Notes: generated by a model not told the origin, from the letters alone. Counted from the first letter of the stretch, positions 32,480 through 42,761 are shown. The stretch: 64,000 nt of DNA from an uncultured Candidatus Rokubacteria bacterium (GCA_963805625.1 CAWDVE010000021.1:288001-352000), one strand, 5' to 3'. Numbers and translations: made by a program.

Positions 32480-32680
32480 AGCGTGTCGAGGACAACCTGG
32501 TCCGTCTGGGCCATCGGCCAGGCTGCTGCGTTCTGGCAGGCCCTCGGAGCCAGTGGTACGCGCACGTGTAGAGATCCCGCGCCCGGACTTGACGCAACGG
32601 TTCCGGACGACCATCGAGGTGCCACAAGCCTGGTAGGTCAGCATGCCGGTCAGGAGGTACTTCGAGGCCACGTCATTCGA
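32480..32680 (-). pseudogene. Large serine recombinase zinc-ribbon remnant
   Basis: SKYLLTGMLT.QACG, then YTCAYHW.RG in a shifted frame. Confidence 0.65.
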
Positions 32681-32699
32681 GGGGCGGCCCCATACTCGG

Positions 32700-33290
32700 C
32701 CGTTGGTGTCCCGGAGGGACGATTGCTCGCTCGACCAGGTTCAGCCACGACGCGCTGGGCGGCGTGACGTGCACAGGACAGCGGGGTCGCTTCGCCAATC
32801 AGCGTCGAATCAGGCCGTCTTGTGGGTGCCGTAGTTGTCCAGGATGAGATGGACATCCAGGTCAGCCGGGACCTCGACGTCGATCGTATCCAGGAACTTC
32901 CGGAACTCGAGGCTGCGATGGCGCCGATGGAGCTGGCCGATGACCGTGCTCGTCTTCGCGTCGAGCGCCGCGAACAGCGAGGTGGTGCCGTGGCGGACGT
33001 CGTCGTGGGTCCGCCGCTCGACTTGGCCGGGCCGCATCGGCAAGAACGGCTGGCTTCGATCGAGCGCTTGAATCTGCCTCTTCTCGTCGACACCCTGCAC
33101 CAGCGCGCGGTCTGGCGGCCGGAGGTACAGGTCCACGAGATCGCGGACCTTCTCGATGAACAGCGGCTCGGCCGACCGCGTGAACGTCTCGTGCGGGGGG
33201 CTGCCCGCGAAGGCGCGCCAGATGCGGTGCACGGCGCGCCGGCTCAGCCCACTGGCCTGCGCCATCGAGCGGGTGCTCCAGTGGGTGGCG
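32700..33290 (-). pseudogene. IS630-family transposase remnant
   Basis: [44 protein letters not shown]; frameshifted and truncated. Confidence 0.88.
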
Positions 33291-33640
33291 TAGAGGTAGA
33301 GGAAGCGATGGGCGAACTGCCCCCGGTAGAGTAACCGAAGAGATCGAAGCGGTCGCTCTCGACCGCGTGGCAGCCCGCGACCTCCTCCACCATCTGTAAC
33401 AGACACAGGTCATGGCGCACCGTTGTTCCGATGCCTAGCGTCTGAAAGCCGCTCTCGCAGTCGAAGCGGGGTGCGAGTACGAGGCACCGATGTGTGGTTG
33501 CAAAGTCGCGGAAGAGTTCGACGGCGCGATAGCGGGGAATGCGCGGGTGGACCGGCAGGACCGAGACGAGCAGCCGAAAGGCGTGGCGGCCATCATACGT
33601 AGCGGGAACATACAGGTCATAGGTCGCGGCGTCGGCGAGC
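33291..33640 (-). pseudogene. Alpha/beta-hydrolase remnant truncated by the IS630 fragment
   Basis: Manual translation: YDLYVP...LVLAPRF...[10 protein letters not shown] (frameshift) GQFAHRF, a GxSxG elbow. Confidence 0.6.
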
Positions 33641-34194
33641 TGCTTCCAGGGTCATCATCCACCTTCCTTTGCGGGCAAGGGCCGAAACCATTCCCCTAGA
33701 CCGAGCTGGTTTGGAGCCAGGATTTTCAGAGGCCAGGGATGCCGCCTATGCCAACCGCAACCCCAACCACTCGCTCCGCCTTCGGTCCCTTTCGCTGCGA
33801 CCCCTTGCCTGCGGCGGCGAAGGTCACCCCTGGCGGAATAGGGAGTCGTGCAGCTTATCCCGCTGGCGTTGGGTTCAGGGGCGGCACGCCGGTTCGGGCG
33901 CGGCGACCGGTTGTAGCGTCGCGTCTAATCGATCACTCAGCCAGATTAGCCATCCGCTGAACCCGCACTATTGTAGGTGTGTTCGCCTTATCAAGGATCT
34001 CCGATGGCACGACTTGGGCCTAGGCTGCCAAGTTGGCCGATAGCCCACCTTCCGCAAATGTCCTGACGGCCGGCGTCAGCCCCCGCCCGGCCACCTTGCC
34101 ACTGGGCGTGACATTCACTAAAGGCTCACTACATTCTATTTTCCTCTGGTTCTTTCTTTAGATACTAATCGCAGACGCTCTGATCGTTGAACAT

Positions 34195-34210
34195 TGGTCC
34201 GTATATTGCT
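34195..34210 (+). promoter_or_regulatory. Sigma-54 promoter
   Basis: TGGTCCGTATATTGCT (GG-N10-GC) with an AT-rich tract upstream. Confidence 0.6.
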
Positions 34211-34287
34211 AAGTCCTTCGCCCGGCGCAGTGGGATGCCGAATCGAAACCCCGAACGAATGCTGACCGGGCGAGGAGAGAGCCTTCG

Positions 34288-35448
34288 ATGATGCGCTACG
34301 GACGACGAGTCGTGGTCCTGATCGCTGCCGCGTTGGGCGTACTACCGGGGAGCCCTGCCAACGCGGGTCCGATCCTCGTTACGGGCGCAGGGCTCGCCGG
34401 TGGGCCGCACGTGCGGGTCCTTGACGCGGCGACTGGAGCTGAGATCATCTCTTTCTTTGCTTACGATCCCCAGTTCACGGGGGGTGTCCGGGTGGCGACT
34501 GCGGATGTCAACGGTGATGGAGTGCCAGATGTCATCACGTCGGCGGGGCCGGGAGGTGGCCCGCACGTGAAGGTGTTCGATGGAGCCTCGCTACTCGTGG
34601 GCCAGGTCGTCGAGCTGCAGAGCTTCTTCGCCTACGACCCGCTTTTTGCCGGTGGGGTGTTCGTGGCGGCGGCCGACACAGCACAGGCTGGGCCTCCGGG
34701 TCCGCAAGGTCCGCAGGGACCCGTCGGCGCCCAGGGAGCGACGGGCGATGTGGGACCGATCGGCCCTGCCGGTGCTGTCGGCCCCGCGGGGCCTGATGGA
34801 CCTCCTGGGCCGGCGGGACCGACTGGCGCTGCGGGACCAATCGGCCCTGCCGGCCCGACTGGCGCCACTGGCGCTGCGGGACCAATCGGCCCTGCCGGCC
34901 CGACTGGTGCCACTGGCGCCGCGGGACCAATCGGCCCTGCCGGCCCGACTGGTGCCACTGGCGCCGCGGGACCAATCGGCCCTGCCGGCCCGACTGGTGC
35001 CACTGGCGCCGCGGGACCAATCGGCCCCGCGGGGCCCCAGGGTGATCCAGGCCCGAGTGCCTTCATCGTCGGCGGGGGCACCGGAGGCCAAAACCTGAGT
35101 GCCATCGCGGACAGCTTCGTCCCAATGCTCGACAGCCTGCGTACAGCAACCGAGAGCATAGCGCAGCAGGAGATCACGGTCGCCGGCACCCTGTCGAAAC
35201 TCCGCGTTCGGATCGACGGCGCCGCGGGCACCGCCGGCAGCGGCAAGTCCTACACCATCACCGTCCGCGTGAACGGCCTCGACACGGCTGTGACGTGCAC
35301 GATTCTTGAAACCGCGACGACCTGTTCGGACTCTGCGCACACCCTGACCCTGAACGCCGGTGACCTCATCTCGCTGGGCGTGGTGCCGAGCGCCTCGAAT
35401 CCTACTGTGCGGCCGCTACGCTGGACCGCTCAGTTTTCCGCCTCGTGA
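34288..35448 (+). CDS. Secreted protein: two FG-GAP-like repeats, collagen helix, C-terminal beta-rich domain
   Basis: Signal peptide; 2x GGPHV...FFAYDP.F.GGV; about 41 uninterrupted Gly-X-Y triplets. Confidence 0.88.
   Translation: MMRYGRRVVVLIAAALGVLPGSPANAGPILVTGAGLAGGPHVRVLDAATGAEIISFFAYDPQFTGGVRVATADVNGDGVPDVITSAGPGGGPHVKVFDGASLLVGQVVELQSFFAYDPLFAGGVFVAAADTAQAGPPGPQGPQGPVGAQGATGDVGPIGPAGAVGPAGPDGPPGPAGPTGAAGPIGPAGPTGATGAAGPIGPAGPTGATGAAGPIGPAGPTGATGAAGPIGPAGPTGATGAAGPIGPAGPQGDPGPSAFIVGGGTGGQNLSAIADSFVPMLDSLRTATESIAQQEITVAGTLSKLRVRIDGAAGTAGSGKSYTITVRVNGLDTAVTCTILETATTCSDSAHTLTLNAGDLISLGVVPSASNPTVRPLRWTAQFSAS
34825..35040 (+). repeat. 45-bp tandem repeat (4 full + 1 partial) encoding [15 protein letters not shown]
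   Basis: Near-identical nucleotide units inside the collagen region. Confidence 0.9.
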
Positions 35449-35896
35449 CGTCGCGCTCCGTCCAGCGAACGATCAACGCCTGAGCGGACACGCAGATCTG
35501 GCCGGAGCCACGCCTCAGGCAGGAGGACGGACCGCGTAACCCGGCCCGGGAGACGCCTGCCGTGATACCGGCGCGGGGCTCCACCGAGCTCAGCGTCCGA
35601 AGAGCCGGGGCGTCCCGCCGAACACGGCGACGAACTCGAGTCCGTCCCGCACCAGAACATCCGCTCCGCGATGCTCATCGACCTTCGATCGAGAGGCGGC
35701 GCCTCGGGCAGCACCCGGCATCACCATGTCGCGGTCGTTCACCAAGATGACGACCTCGCTATGTCGGCCACGCGTTGCAGCGTCTGAGCGTCATCGACGC
35801 ACGGCTCTGGCGAGGGAAGGCCACGTGCCCTCCAGGCGGCCGTAGAAATCTGATTGGTGTTCGACCTTCACGGCGAGGTGCAAGGCCGCCCGGGCC

Positions 35897-36361
35897 TCAG
35901 CGTGACGCGAAGACCGTCTGCCGGCCGCCCTTGTCGAACGCCAGCACCTGGTAGGGTGCGGCGGGCTGCCCGGAGGTCTCCATGCCGGGAGACCCGGGCG
36001 GCATACCGGGCACCGCGATGCCCACGACCGACGGACGCTCCCGGAGGAGCCGATCGATCACGTCGGCCGGCACGTGCCCCTCGACGATGTATCCGGCCAC
36101 CAGCGCGGTGTGACAGGCCGCAAGCGCCGACGGCACCCCAAGCTGCCGTCGAAGCCCATCAAGATTCTCCGTGTCCTGGATCGCGACCGGGTAGCCGTGT
36201 GTGCGCAGGCGGCCCGCCCACGCTTCGCAGCACCCTCAACTGGGGGAGCGATGCACCGTGACCAGGGGCCGGCCGGCCGGGGCGGCCGCCGCGAGCCTCG
36301 CCGCTGGAAGGGTTATCAGTCCGCCGATTAGCACTTCGCGCCGTCCCATTCCCCGTACCAT
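35897..36361 (-). CDS. DUF411/CopG-family metal-binding protein with in-frame TGA (candidate selenoprotein)
   Basis: Tat-like signal RREVL, VHRSPS-TGA-GCC, then the frame continues through ACHTA...YIVEGHVPA...AVPGMPPGSPGME; SECIS-like hairpin at 36235-36189. Confidence 0.75.
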
Positions 36362-36793
36362 CTGTCGTCTCCCCTCCCGCACGCGCGGGTTACGCACAGC
36401 CTCGCCAATTGGAAGCACAGTCGCACGCGCTGCCTTGAGGATCATGCAAGACCGATGCCGCACCAGCCCGCGGGGTGAGATATCACACTCGCCTGGACAC
36501 GGCTGTCGGATCGGTGGTTTCTGCGTCGATTCACGGCAGCCGAGACTGTGTCCGGAATCCCGCTGGGGTGCCCCGGCCACGGGATGGTGCGGCTGTGCCC
36601 CAGCCGCCAGGCGATCGGCCACGCTCTTGATCTGGTCGTTCAGGCCCACCACTCCTGGATCACCACGATGCTCCGTGCGCCGGCCGCCGAGAGCACACGC
36701 CTTGCCCCGCCGCATCGGCCCTCTCGAGCGTCGTCGCGACGAGGACTTCCCGTCGCCGGTCGGGGTGAAGCCGGCGCGCTAGCAGACCTCTGA

Positions 36794-36925
36794 CTCCACG
36801 ACCTCCGGCATATGCTCGCGTCTCGGCTGACCATGTCCAGCGTGGATATCCTGACGGTCAACGAGCTCCTCGGCCACAAGACACCCGCGACGACCTTCGA
36901 TACAGCCACCTTTCGCCGGGACACC
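36794..36925 (+). pseudogene. Tyrosine recombinase C-terminal remnant
   Basis: LHDLRHMLASRL...VNELLGHKT, then RYSHL after a frameshift. Confidence 0.75.
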
Positions 36926-37319
36926 AGCGGGACGCGGTGGAGCGACTCGTGGCCGTACGTACCCACCTGATGATTCCGTTCAGGCATCTACACGAGAGAG
37001 GACTCGCTGGCTGTCCCACGCGGGCCCATTGACGCGGTATTTCCCCTTCCGGACTTCAGAGCGCGCTTGCTGCATCAAGATGTCGCTCAGGTCACCTACA
37101 ACAGCGCCGTCACGTATGACGGAGTGGTTCAGCACGCTCGACGCAGCTCGATATGGTCACACACTCCGAACGGGTGGGTACGAAGATTTCACCAGGGCAC
37201 ACCGTATGACGCTTAACAGGTGCGCCGGAGCAAGCTGGTGCCGGGAGGGGGCCTCCATGCCCCGAAGCCCACCAGGTTCCTCGTCCAACCGGATCGGCAC
37301 TGCCGGACCGTCACGGCCG

Positions 37320-37450
37320 GGATCCTGGTCGTCGCTTCCTTGGCGGCCGGCGCCGCCGCGTCGTAACGATCACGATCAGTCCACCTTCAGCTCGACCAAC
37401 TCGTTCACGAGGCGCGGCAACTCCTCCACCTCGCCATCCGCATGGAGCGC
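37320..37450 (-). pseudogene. ABC substrate-binding protein fragment
   Basis: ADGEVEELPRLVNELVELKVD(L)IV, frameshifted. Confidence 0.45.
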
Positions 37451-37601
37451 CGGGCTGGGTCGCCCGCTCGAGATTGCGGCCAGCGGTGCGGCGACCGTCT
37501 TGCCGGCACCGAGCGACAGCCCCCGTCGGGATCTTTTGCAGTTTGTTACTGTTCTGGGGATGACACTTGCCAGATGCTTGAAATCTTTGGGGCGCGCTGC
37601 C

Positions 37602-37617
37602 TGGCACGAGGCGTGCT
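37602..37617 (+). promoter_or_regulatory. Sigma-54 promoter
   Basis: TGGCACGAGGCGTGCT; enhancer-like TGCAAA-N7-GACG on the minus strand at 37524-37540. Confidence 0.65.
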
Positions 37618-37713
37618 TCCTCTTGACTGACAGATTCCGACAGCAGCTGAGCCATGAGGAGCGCCCCGCCTCGTGTTGACTTCGATCACCCCAGCCCTGC
37701 GACCCCCGTCAGC

Positions 37714-37799
37714 GTCCCGGAATCGACCACGCTCGCGCTGCTCTCGGCGGGCGCCGCGGCCGTGGCACTCGGGGCGCATGCTGGTTCCGCCGCAAGTAG
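37714..37799 (+). pseudogene. Orphan PEP-CTERM tail
   Basis: VPESTTLALLSAGAAAVALG (1-nt frameshift) WFRRK-stop. Confidence 0.6.
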
Positions 37800-37929
37800 T
37801 CCCGGCCCCGCGCGGGGTGCCTGAGAAGGGAGCGAGCTGCGGACGGGGCTACCGCCGCCGGGGGTGCTAGTGTGGCCTTCGCTCTGCCAAGCGTGCTCGG
37901 CAGCACACCTCAAAGAGGAGAAAACAAAA

Positions 37930-38568
37930 GTGAGCCGTTTTGTCTTGGCCATCGCGGTTATTTGCTTGACACTCAGCGCGACCGCACATGCAACTGTCTT
38001 CCGCTTCGACACTGACCCGTTCGCCGGATCAACCGCATTGACAACACCAGGACGACAAATCGTCGGCGGGGAGACTTTTATCACCTTTGACATTGCAACG
38101 GACATCTTTTCGCTGGAATCGACTGTATTCGGTGTGGGAAGCTCAGTCCTATTCGTAAACGATTTGGCTGCCAATCTGCCAACTGGCGGCGTGAACGTGA
38201 TCGTGTTGCAGACTTTTGACAACGATGCCGATCCGACAACGCCGTTCGCCGCCGGTAACGCCGCAAATTTGATTGCGGACCAAATTACATCGCCGGGCCC
38301 AGGGTTCTTCATTTATTTCAACCAAAATCTCGACCTGCCCCGTCTGGTGTTTTCTACCGATCTGGACGACAATACCGCCGACTTGAAGATCCTCTTTCGC
38401 ATGACAAACCTGACCGCTCAAGGTGGCCGTGACGCAATCCCCACGTTCACTGAGGCGAACTTCGAAATCACGACAGTCCCTGAACCATCCACCCTGCTAA
38501 TGGTGACGACGGCTGGCGCATCCCTGGCCTGTCGCTACGCGTGGCGGCGCAGGCGGACGCGGGGTTGA
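37930..38568 (+). CDS. PEP-CTERM sorting-domain protein
   Basis: GAGGAG RBS and GTG start, signal peptide ending AHA; C-terminus VPEPSTLLMVTTAGASLACRYAWRRRR. Confidence 0.9.
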   Translation: MSRFVLAIAVICLTLSATAHATVFRFDTDPFAGSTALTTPGRQIVGGETFITFDIATDIFSLESTVFGVGSSVLFVNDLAANLPTGGVNVIVLQTFDNDADPTTPFAAGNAANLIADQITSPGPGFFIYFNQNLDLPRLVFSTDLDDNTADLKILFRMTNLTAQGGRDAIPTFTEANFEITTVPEPSTLLMVTTAGASLACRYAWRRRRTRG

Positions 38569-38729
38569 ACTTCTCCGAACGATCTGTGAATCCAACGCGG
38601 CACACTTGAACGCGGCCGCCGTGGAGCCGGGGTGCTAGTGTTACCTTCGCTCGAAAGAAGAGAGTGAGGCGAGGGCTAAAGAGGGAGAAAGCGTAAGAGA
38701 GAGCTTAGTCGGAGACGCACTCCTGCGAT

Positions 38730-38880
38730 TCGGATTGGCTCCCCCGTGCGGAAGTTGCGCCCGCCGTCGCGCCTGAGGAGCGCGTAGAGCCCCTTGTATG
38801 CTGAGCTGTTGCGGGTTCGCAGGGTCAGCAATCGGTTGGCCTGGAAGCTCGACTCCTGGACCGTGACTGATTCCGCCACC
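38730..38880 (-). pseudogene. DUF262/GmrSD-like protein internal fragment
   Basis: FQANRLLTLRTRNSSAYKGLYALL.RDGG..FRTG, recognised from memory. Confidence 0.5.
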
Positions 38881-38884
38881 TCGC

Positions 38885-39549
38885 CGCGCACCAGCGGATG
38901 TAGCCGCCGAGGCGAGCCGGGCCGCTTCCCCTTCCGCGACGAGCGGCCGGTCCTCAGGCACCGGCAAGGCGTCGAGGCTCCGCGCGATGGCCGCCGACCA
39001 GGCGGCGCACGCGGGCCGGTGCGCCTCGGGGATCCCGAGGAGGTCGCCGATGATCGCGCGTGAGAGCGGCTCGGCCAGGTCGGCCACCACGTCCATCCAG
39101 TCGGCCGCCGCCACGCGCTTCAGCAGCACGTCGACGTGGGACTGGACGCGCGGACGGTGCACCTCGACGGCGCGCGGCGTGAAGGCGCGGCTCACCGTGT
39201 CGCGGAGCCGCGTGTGGTGCGGCGGGTCGCGGAAGAGCATCGACTGCCGGTGGCCGCCGGTCGCCGGGCAGCTGGCGAGCGTGAGGCCGGCGCCGGCGCT
39301 GGTCGCCGCCGACCCGCCGCCCATCCCGAAGTAACGCTCGAACCCTTCGCGCCCGAACCGTTGGTCGCAGCGGACCGCCGCCACGTCCGCGTGGCGCGTG
39401 AGGACCCAGAGGCCACCGGTGTCCGGCGGACCGGGGCCGTGGCGTTGAGGCGCGTGTAGCGCGGATACGGGTCGGTGAAGAGCCGCGGGGGCGGGCGGGC
39501 CGAGGAGGCCGTCTGGCTGCCGGGGCGCGTCGAGCGATGGGCGAGTCAT
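38885..39549 (-). pseudogene. Cytochrome P450 N-terminal remnant
   Basis: DPYP (shifted frame), WVLTRHADV, MLFRDPPHHTRLR..VSRAFTPR, IGDLLGIP; truncated before the I-helix. Confidence 0.8.
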
Positions 39550-39663
39550 GCCCGGGGGAGAGGGCAACCGGGGTGCCAGCGCGGCCTCGTCGGCGGGCCG
39601 CGTGTCAATCGGGCTGCCGTGATGCGGCCCTGCCCGGCGCATCGCCCGCCAGCCGCCGCCGGC

Positions 39664-39732
39664 GAATCCGCTCCGAATCCGCACGGAATCCGCTCCGGAG
39701 CGGATTGGGGAGCGGATCACGGAGCGGATTCC
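39664..39732. repeat. Iteron-like array: three direct plus three inverted copies
   Basis: GAATCCGCTCC-type unit x3 (11-bp period), then GGAGCGGAT x3 (12-bp period). Confidence 0.85.
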
Positions 39733-39913
39733 GGGCCCGGCCGCGATACGGGACGTGGGCGCCCCAGGCCGCCCGGCGTTCGCGGCGCCGCGACGCAAGC
39801 TCGCGCCGGGACGCACGTGGGGCTGCCGCGTGCCGCGGTCGTCCGGGCGCCGATCGGGCCACGCCCCCGAGTGTCCGCCCGGATGGCGCGGCTCTTGCCC
39901 GGCTCCGTCCCCC

Positions 39914-42016
39914 ATGACGCGCGACCCGGTGACGCTGCCCGCCGTCCTCGCCGAGCTCCGGGGCGTCCAGCGCGCCGGCGCCGGCTGGAGCGCCTTCTGC
40001 CCCGCCCACGAGGACCGGCAGAAGCGCAGCCTGTCGGTCGCGGAGCGGGACGGCCGCATTCTGTTCAAGTGCTTCGCCGGCTGTCCGGTCGACCGCATCG
40101 CGCACGCGCTCGGGCTCGAGATCTCGGCGCTCTTCGCCGCCGGGAGCGGCGGCGCGCATCGACCCGCGCGGCGTCTCGTGGCTCGGTACCAGTACCGCGA
40201 CGAGCGCGGCACGCTCCTCTACGAGGTCTGCCGGTTCGAGCCGAAGGACTTCCGGCCCCGGCGGCCGGACGGACGGGGCGGCTCGGTCTGGGGCCTCGGC
40301 GACGTGCGGCGGGTGTGCTACCGGCTCCCGGACTTCGTGGAGCACGAGCGCGTCTTCTGGGTCGAGGGGGAGAAGGACGTCGAGCGGCTGTGGGCGCTCG
40401 GTCTGCCCGCGACGACGACTCAGGGCGGCGCCCGGAGCTTCCGGCGGGAGTACGCCCGGCAGCTCGCCGATGCGGCGGTCCGCGAGGTCGTCGTCATCCC
40501 CGACGCGGACGCCGCCGGCCACCGGTACGCCGCGGAGGTGGCGGCCGCCGCGGGCGCAGCTGGGCTGACCGTCCGCCGGCTCGAGCTCCCCGGCCTGCCC
40601 GAGCACGGCGACGTGAGCGACTGGCTCCAGGCGGGCCACACGGCGGACGAGCTCCGCGCCCTCGCCGACGCGGCGCCGGCGTGGGACGGAGCGGCGTCAA
40701 GAGACGGATCGTGTGCGCCGGTCGACGGGATCCCGATGGGTGTCGCGAGGCCGATCTCCGGCGCCGCGGGGGCGAGCGATGCGCCCGAGCGCATCGCCGA
40801 GGGCGAGGACGTCCGCATCCGCTGGCCGGGCCCGCCGGCGCTCGAGGTGCTCGCCGTCGCGCCCCACGAGTCCGGCGACGGGATCCACGCGGAGGTGACG
40901 GTCAGCCTCGCGGGCGCCGTGCTGTCGTGGGGACGGTTGAACCTCGTGTCCACCGTGATGCGCGAGGGCCTGGTGAAGAAGCTCCGGGAGACGGCGCCCG
41001 AGGTGCCGTGGCGGGAGCGGCTCGAGCTCGCCTGCCGGCTGATCGCCGAGCAGCTCCGGACCGGGGCGCCCCTCGTCGCCCTCCGCCCGGCGCCCCGCGC
41101 CGGCGGCCGCCGGGACCTGGTCGACGGCATCCTGCCCCTCGGCGAGACGTCGCTCGTCTACGCCGACGGCGACACCGGGAAGGGCTGGGTCGCGCTGCTC
41201 CTGGCGGTCGCCGTCGCGACCGGGCGGGCCTTCCCGCATCTCCGCCCGCTCCGGGACGACGTCACGACGGCCTATCTCGACTGGGAGACCACGGAAGAGG
41301 AGGTGGCCGAGCGCGTCGACGCGATCTGCCGCGGCCTCGGCGTCACCCTGCCGCCGGGCGCGATCCTCTACCGCCCGATGTACCGCGCGCTCGCCGACGA
41401 GGCGTCGCGGCTCCGCGCCGATCTCGCCCGGCACGGCGTCGGCTTCGTGATCGTCGACAGCTTCGCCCCGGCGGCGGGGGTCGAGCCCGAGAGCGCCGAC
41501 AGCACGATCCGCACCATGAACGCCCTGCGGAGCTTCACCGGCACCACACGCCTCGTCCTGGCGCACGTCAGCAAGGCCGCCGCCGACCAGCTGAGCGGCG
41601 CCGCGCGCCCGTACGGGTCCGTGTTCGTCCGCAACCTCGCGCGCTCGGCCTGGGAGCTCCGCCGCGCCGAGGAGGCCGGAGGCGACGAGCTCCTCCTCGC
41701 CGCCTACCACCGGAAGGACAACGGCGGGTGCCGGACGCCCGCGTTCGCCTTGCGGCTCCGCTTCGATCCCGACGGCGCAGTGTCGGTCGCGGACGCCGAC
41801 CTGGCGGACGCGCCCGACCTCCTCGCCCGCACGAGCGTCGCCAAGCGCGTCACCGTCGCCCTCGCGGCCGGGGCTCTCACCGTCCCCGAGCTCGCCGCCG
41901 AGGTCGCGACGTCCAAGGCCACAGTGGGCCGCACCGTGCGGCGACTCCGCGACGAAGGCCGCGTCGTCCTCGTGGACGGCGTCCGGCCCTGCCGGTGGGC
42001 GCTCGCCAGCCGATGA
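39914..42016 (+). CDS. Primase-helicase fusion (Zn finger, TOPRIM, RecA/AAA_25 helicase, HTH)
   Basis: CPAHED...CFAGC; VEGEKD and PDAD; Walker A ADGDTGKG, Walker B VIVDS; C-terminal LTVPELAAEV...VGRTVRRL. Confidence 0.85.
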   Translation: MTRDPVTLPAVLAELRGVQRAGAGWSAFCPAHEDRQKRSLSVAERDGRILFKCFAGCPVDRIAHALGLEISALFAAGSGGAHRPARRLVARYQYRDERGTLLYEVCRFEPKDFRPRRPDGRGGSVWGLGDVRRVCYRLPDFVEHERVFWVEGEKDVERLWALGLPATTTQGGARSFRREYARQLADAAVREVVVIPDADAAGHRYAAEVAAAAGAAGLTVRRLELPGLPEHGDVSDWLQAGHTADELRALADAAPAWDGAASRDGSCAPVDGIPMGVARPISGAAGASDAPERIAEGEDVRIRWPGPPALEVLAVAPHESGDGIHAEVTVSLAGAVLSWGRLNLVSTVMREGLVKKLRETAPEVPWRERLELACRLIAEQLRTGAPLVALRPAPRAGGRRDLVDGILPLGETSLVYADGDTGKGWVALLLAVAVATGRAFPHLRPLRDDVTTAYLDWETTEEEVAERVDAICRGLGVTLPPGAILYRPMYRALADEASRLRADLARHGVGFVIVDSFAPAAGVEPESADSTIRTMNALRSFTGTTRLVLAHVSKAAADQLSGAARPYGSVFVRNLARSAWELRRAEEAGGDELLLAAYHRKDNGGCRTPAFALRLRFDPDGAVSVADADLADAPDLLARTSVAKRVTVALAAGALTVPELAAEVATSKATVGRTVRRLRDEGRVVLVDGVRPCRWALASR

Positions 42017-42081
42017 GCGGGGGCAACCCGAGCCCCATGAGTGCCGGCACCCCGCACATGTTCGCCGGATCGTCTCCGGCC

Positions 42082-42207
42082 TGTCCGCCGAGCTGTCCGC
42101 CCGGACATCCGGATCGCACGTCCGGTTCGCGAGTACCGGGACCCATTCGTGGTCCCGTACGAACCGGACGGACAAGTTCTTTCCTATGGGGTGTCCGCTT
42201 GTCCGCT
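42082..42207. repeat. TGTCCG repeats and long hairpin downstream of the primase-helicase
   Basis: TGTCCGC at 42082, 42094, 42192, 42200; CGGACA inverted copies; IR GTCCGGTTCG...CGAACCGGAC at 42120-42169. Confidence 0.7.
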
Positions 42208-42436
42208 TCGGGCGGCAACAGCCGCTCGATCTGGTCTCGGCCGGCCCGCATCGGGGGACTCGAGCCGATCAGGGTGTCGATGGCACCCACATCGGCCGTG
42301 TGCGGCACTGAGGCGTCCGAGTCGTCTAGCCGGTGAGGTACGTGGGTCATCGGGACTCCCCTTCGCGGCTGGCAATCAGCCTTTGATAGACGAATCGGGA
42401 ATAGTGGCGCGGGAATTCGTGTGGGAGTCGGATGTC

Positions 42437-42676
42437 GTGTTCCGGGTCTACGACAAGGAAGACGTTTCGCTGCGGCTCGACGCCGTAGCAGGCCGGCTCG
42501 ATGAGATTCTGGTCGACGCGGTGCTGTCCGCGACTTCGAAGTCCTCGAAGTCCTCGATCACTTCGCGATCGGACCTCGCCGCCCGGTCAGACCTGGCGGC
42601 GCGCTCGGATCTGGCCGCGCGCTCCGATCTCGCGGCCCGGTCGGACCTGACTGCGCGACACCGATTAAGGAGCTGA
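42437..42676 (+). CDS. 79-aa peptide with five RSDLAA repeats (RiPP-precursor-like)
   Basis: GGGAG RBS and GTG start; repeats conserved as protein but differing at synonymous codon positions. Confidence 0.75.
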   Translation: MFRVYDKEDVSLRLDAVAGRLDEILVDAVLSATSKSSKSSITSRSDLAARSDLAARSDLAARSDLAARSDLTARHRLRS

Positions 42677-42761
42677 GCTGGTTGGGCAGACGCTTCCCGC
42701 CGGTGGACGGGTGCCCGAGCTCCTCGGGGCGCCCGTGCCGGCGGGTGGGACTCCGATGTCC

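Noticed and set aside
35454-35800. Possible additional integrase remnant
   Set aside because: Only a vague RLG-like fragment; too degraded to support.
39475-42336. 953-aa Arg/Gly-rich ORF overlapping the primase-helicase
   Set aside because: Off-frame GC artefact; the motifs are all in the 39914-42016 frame.
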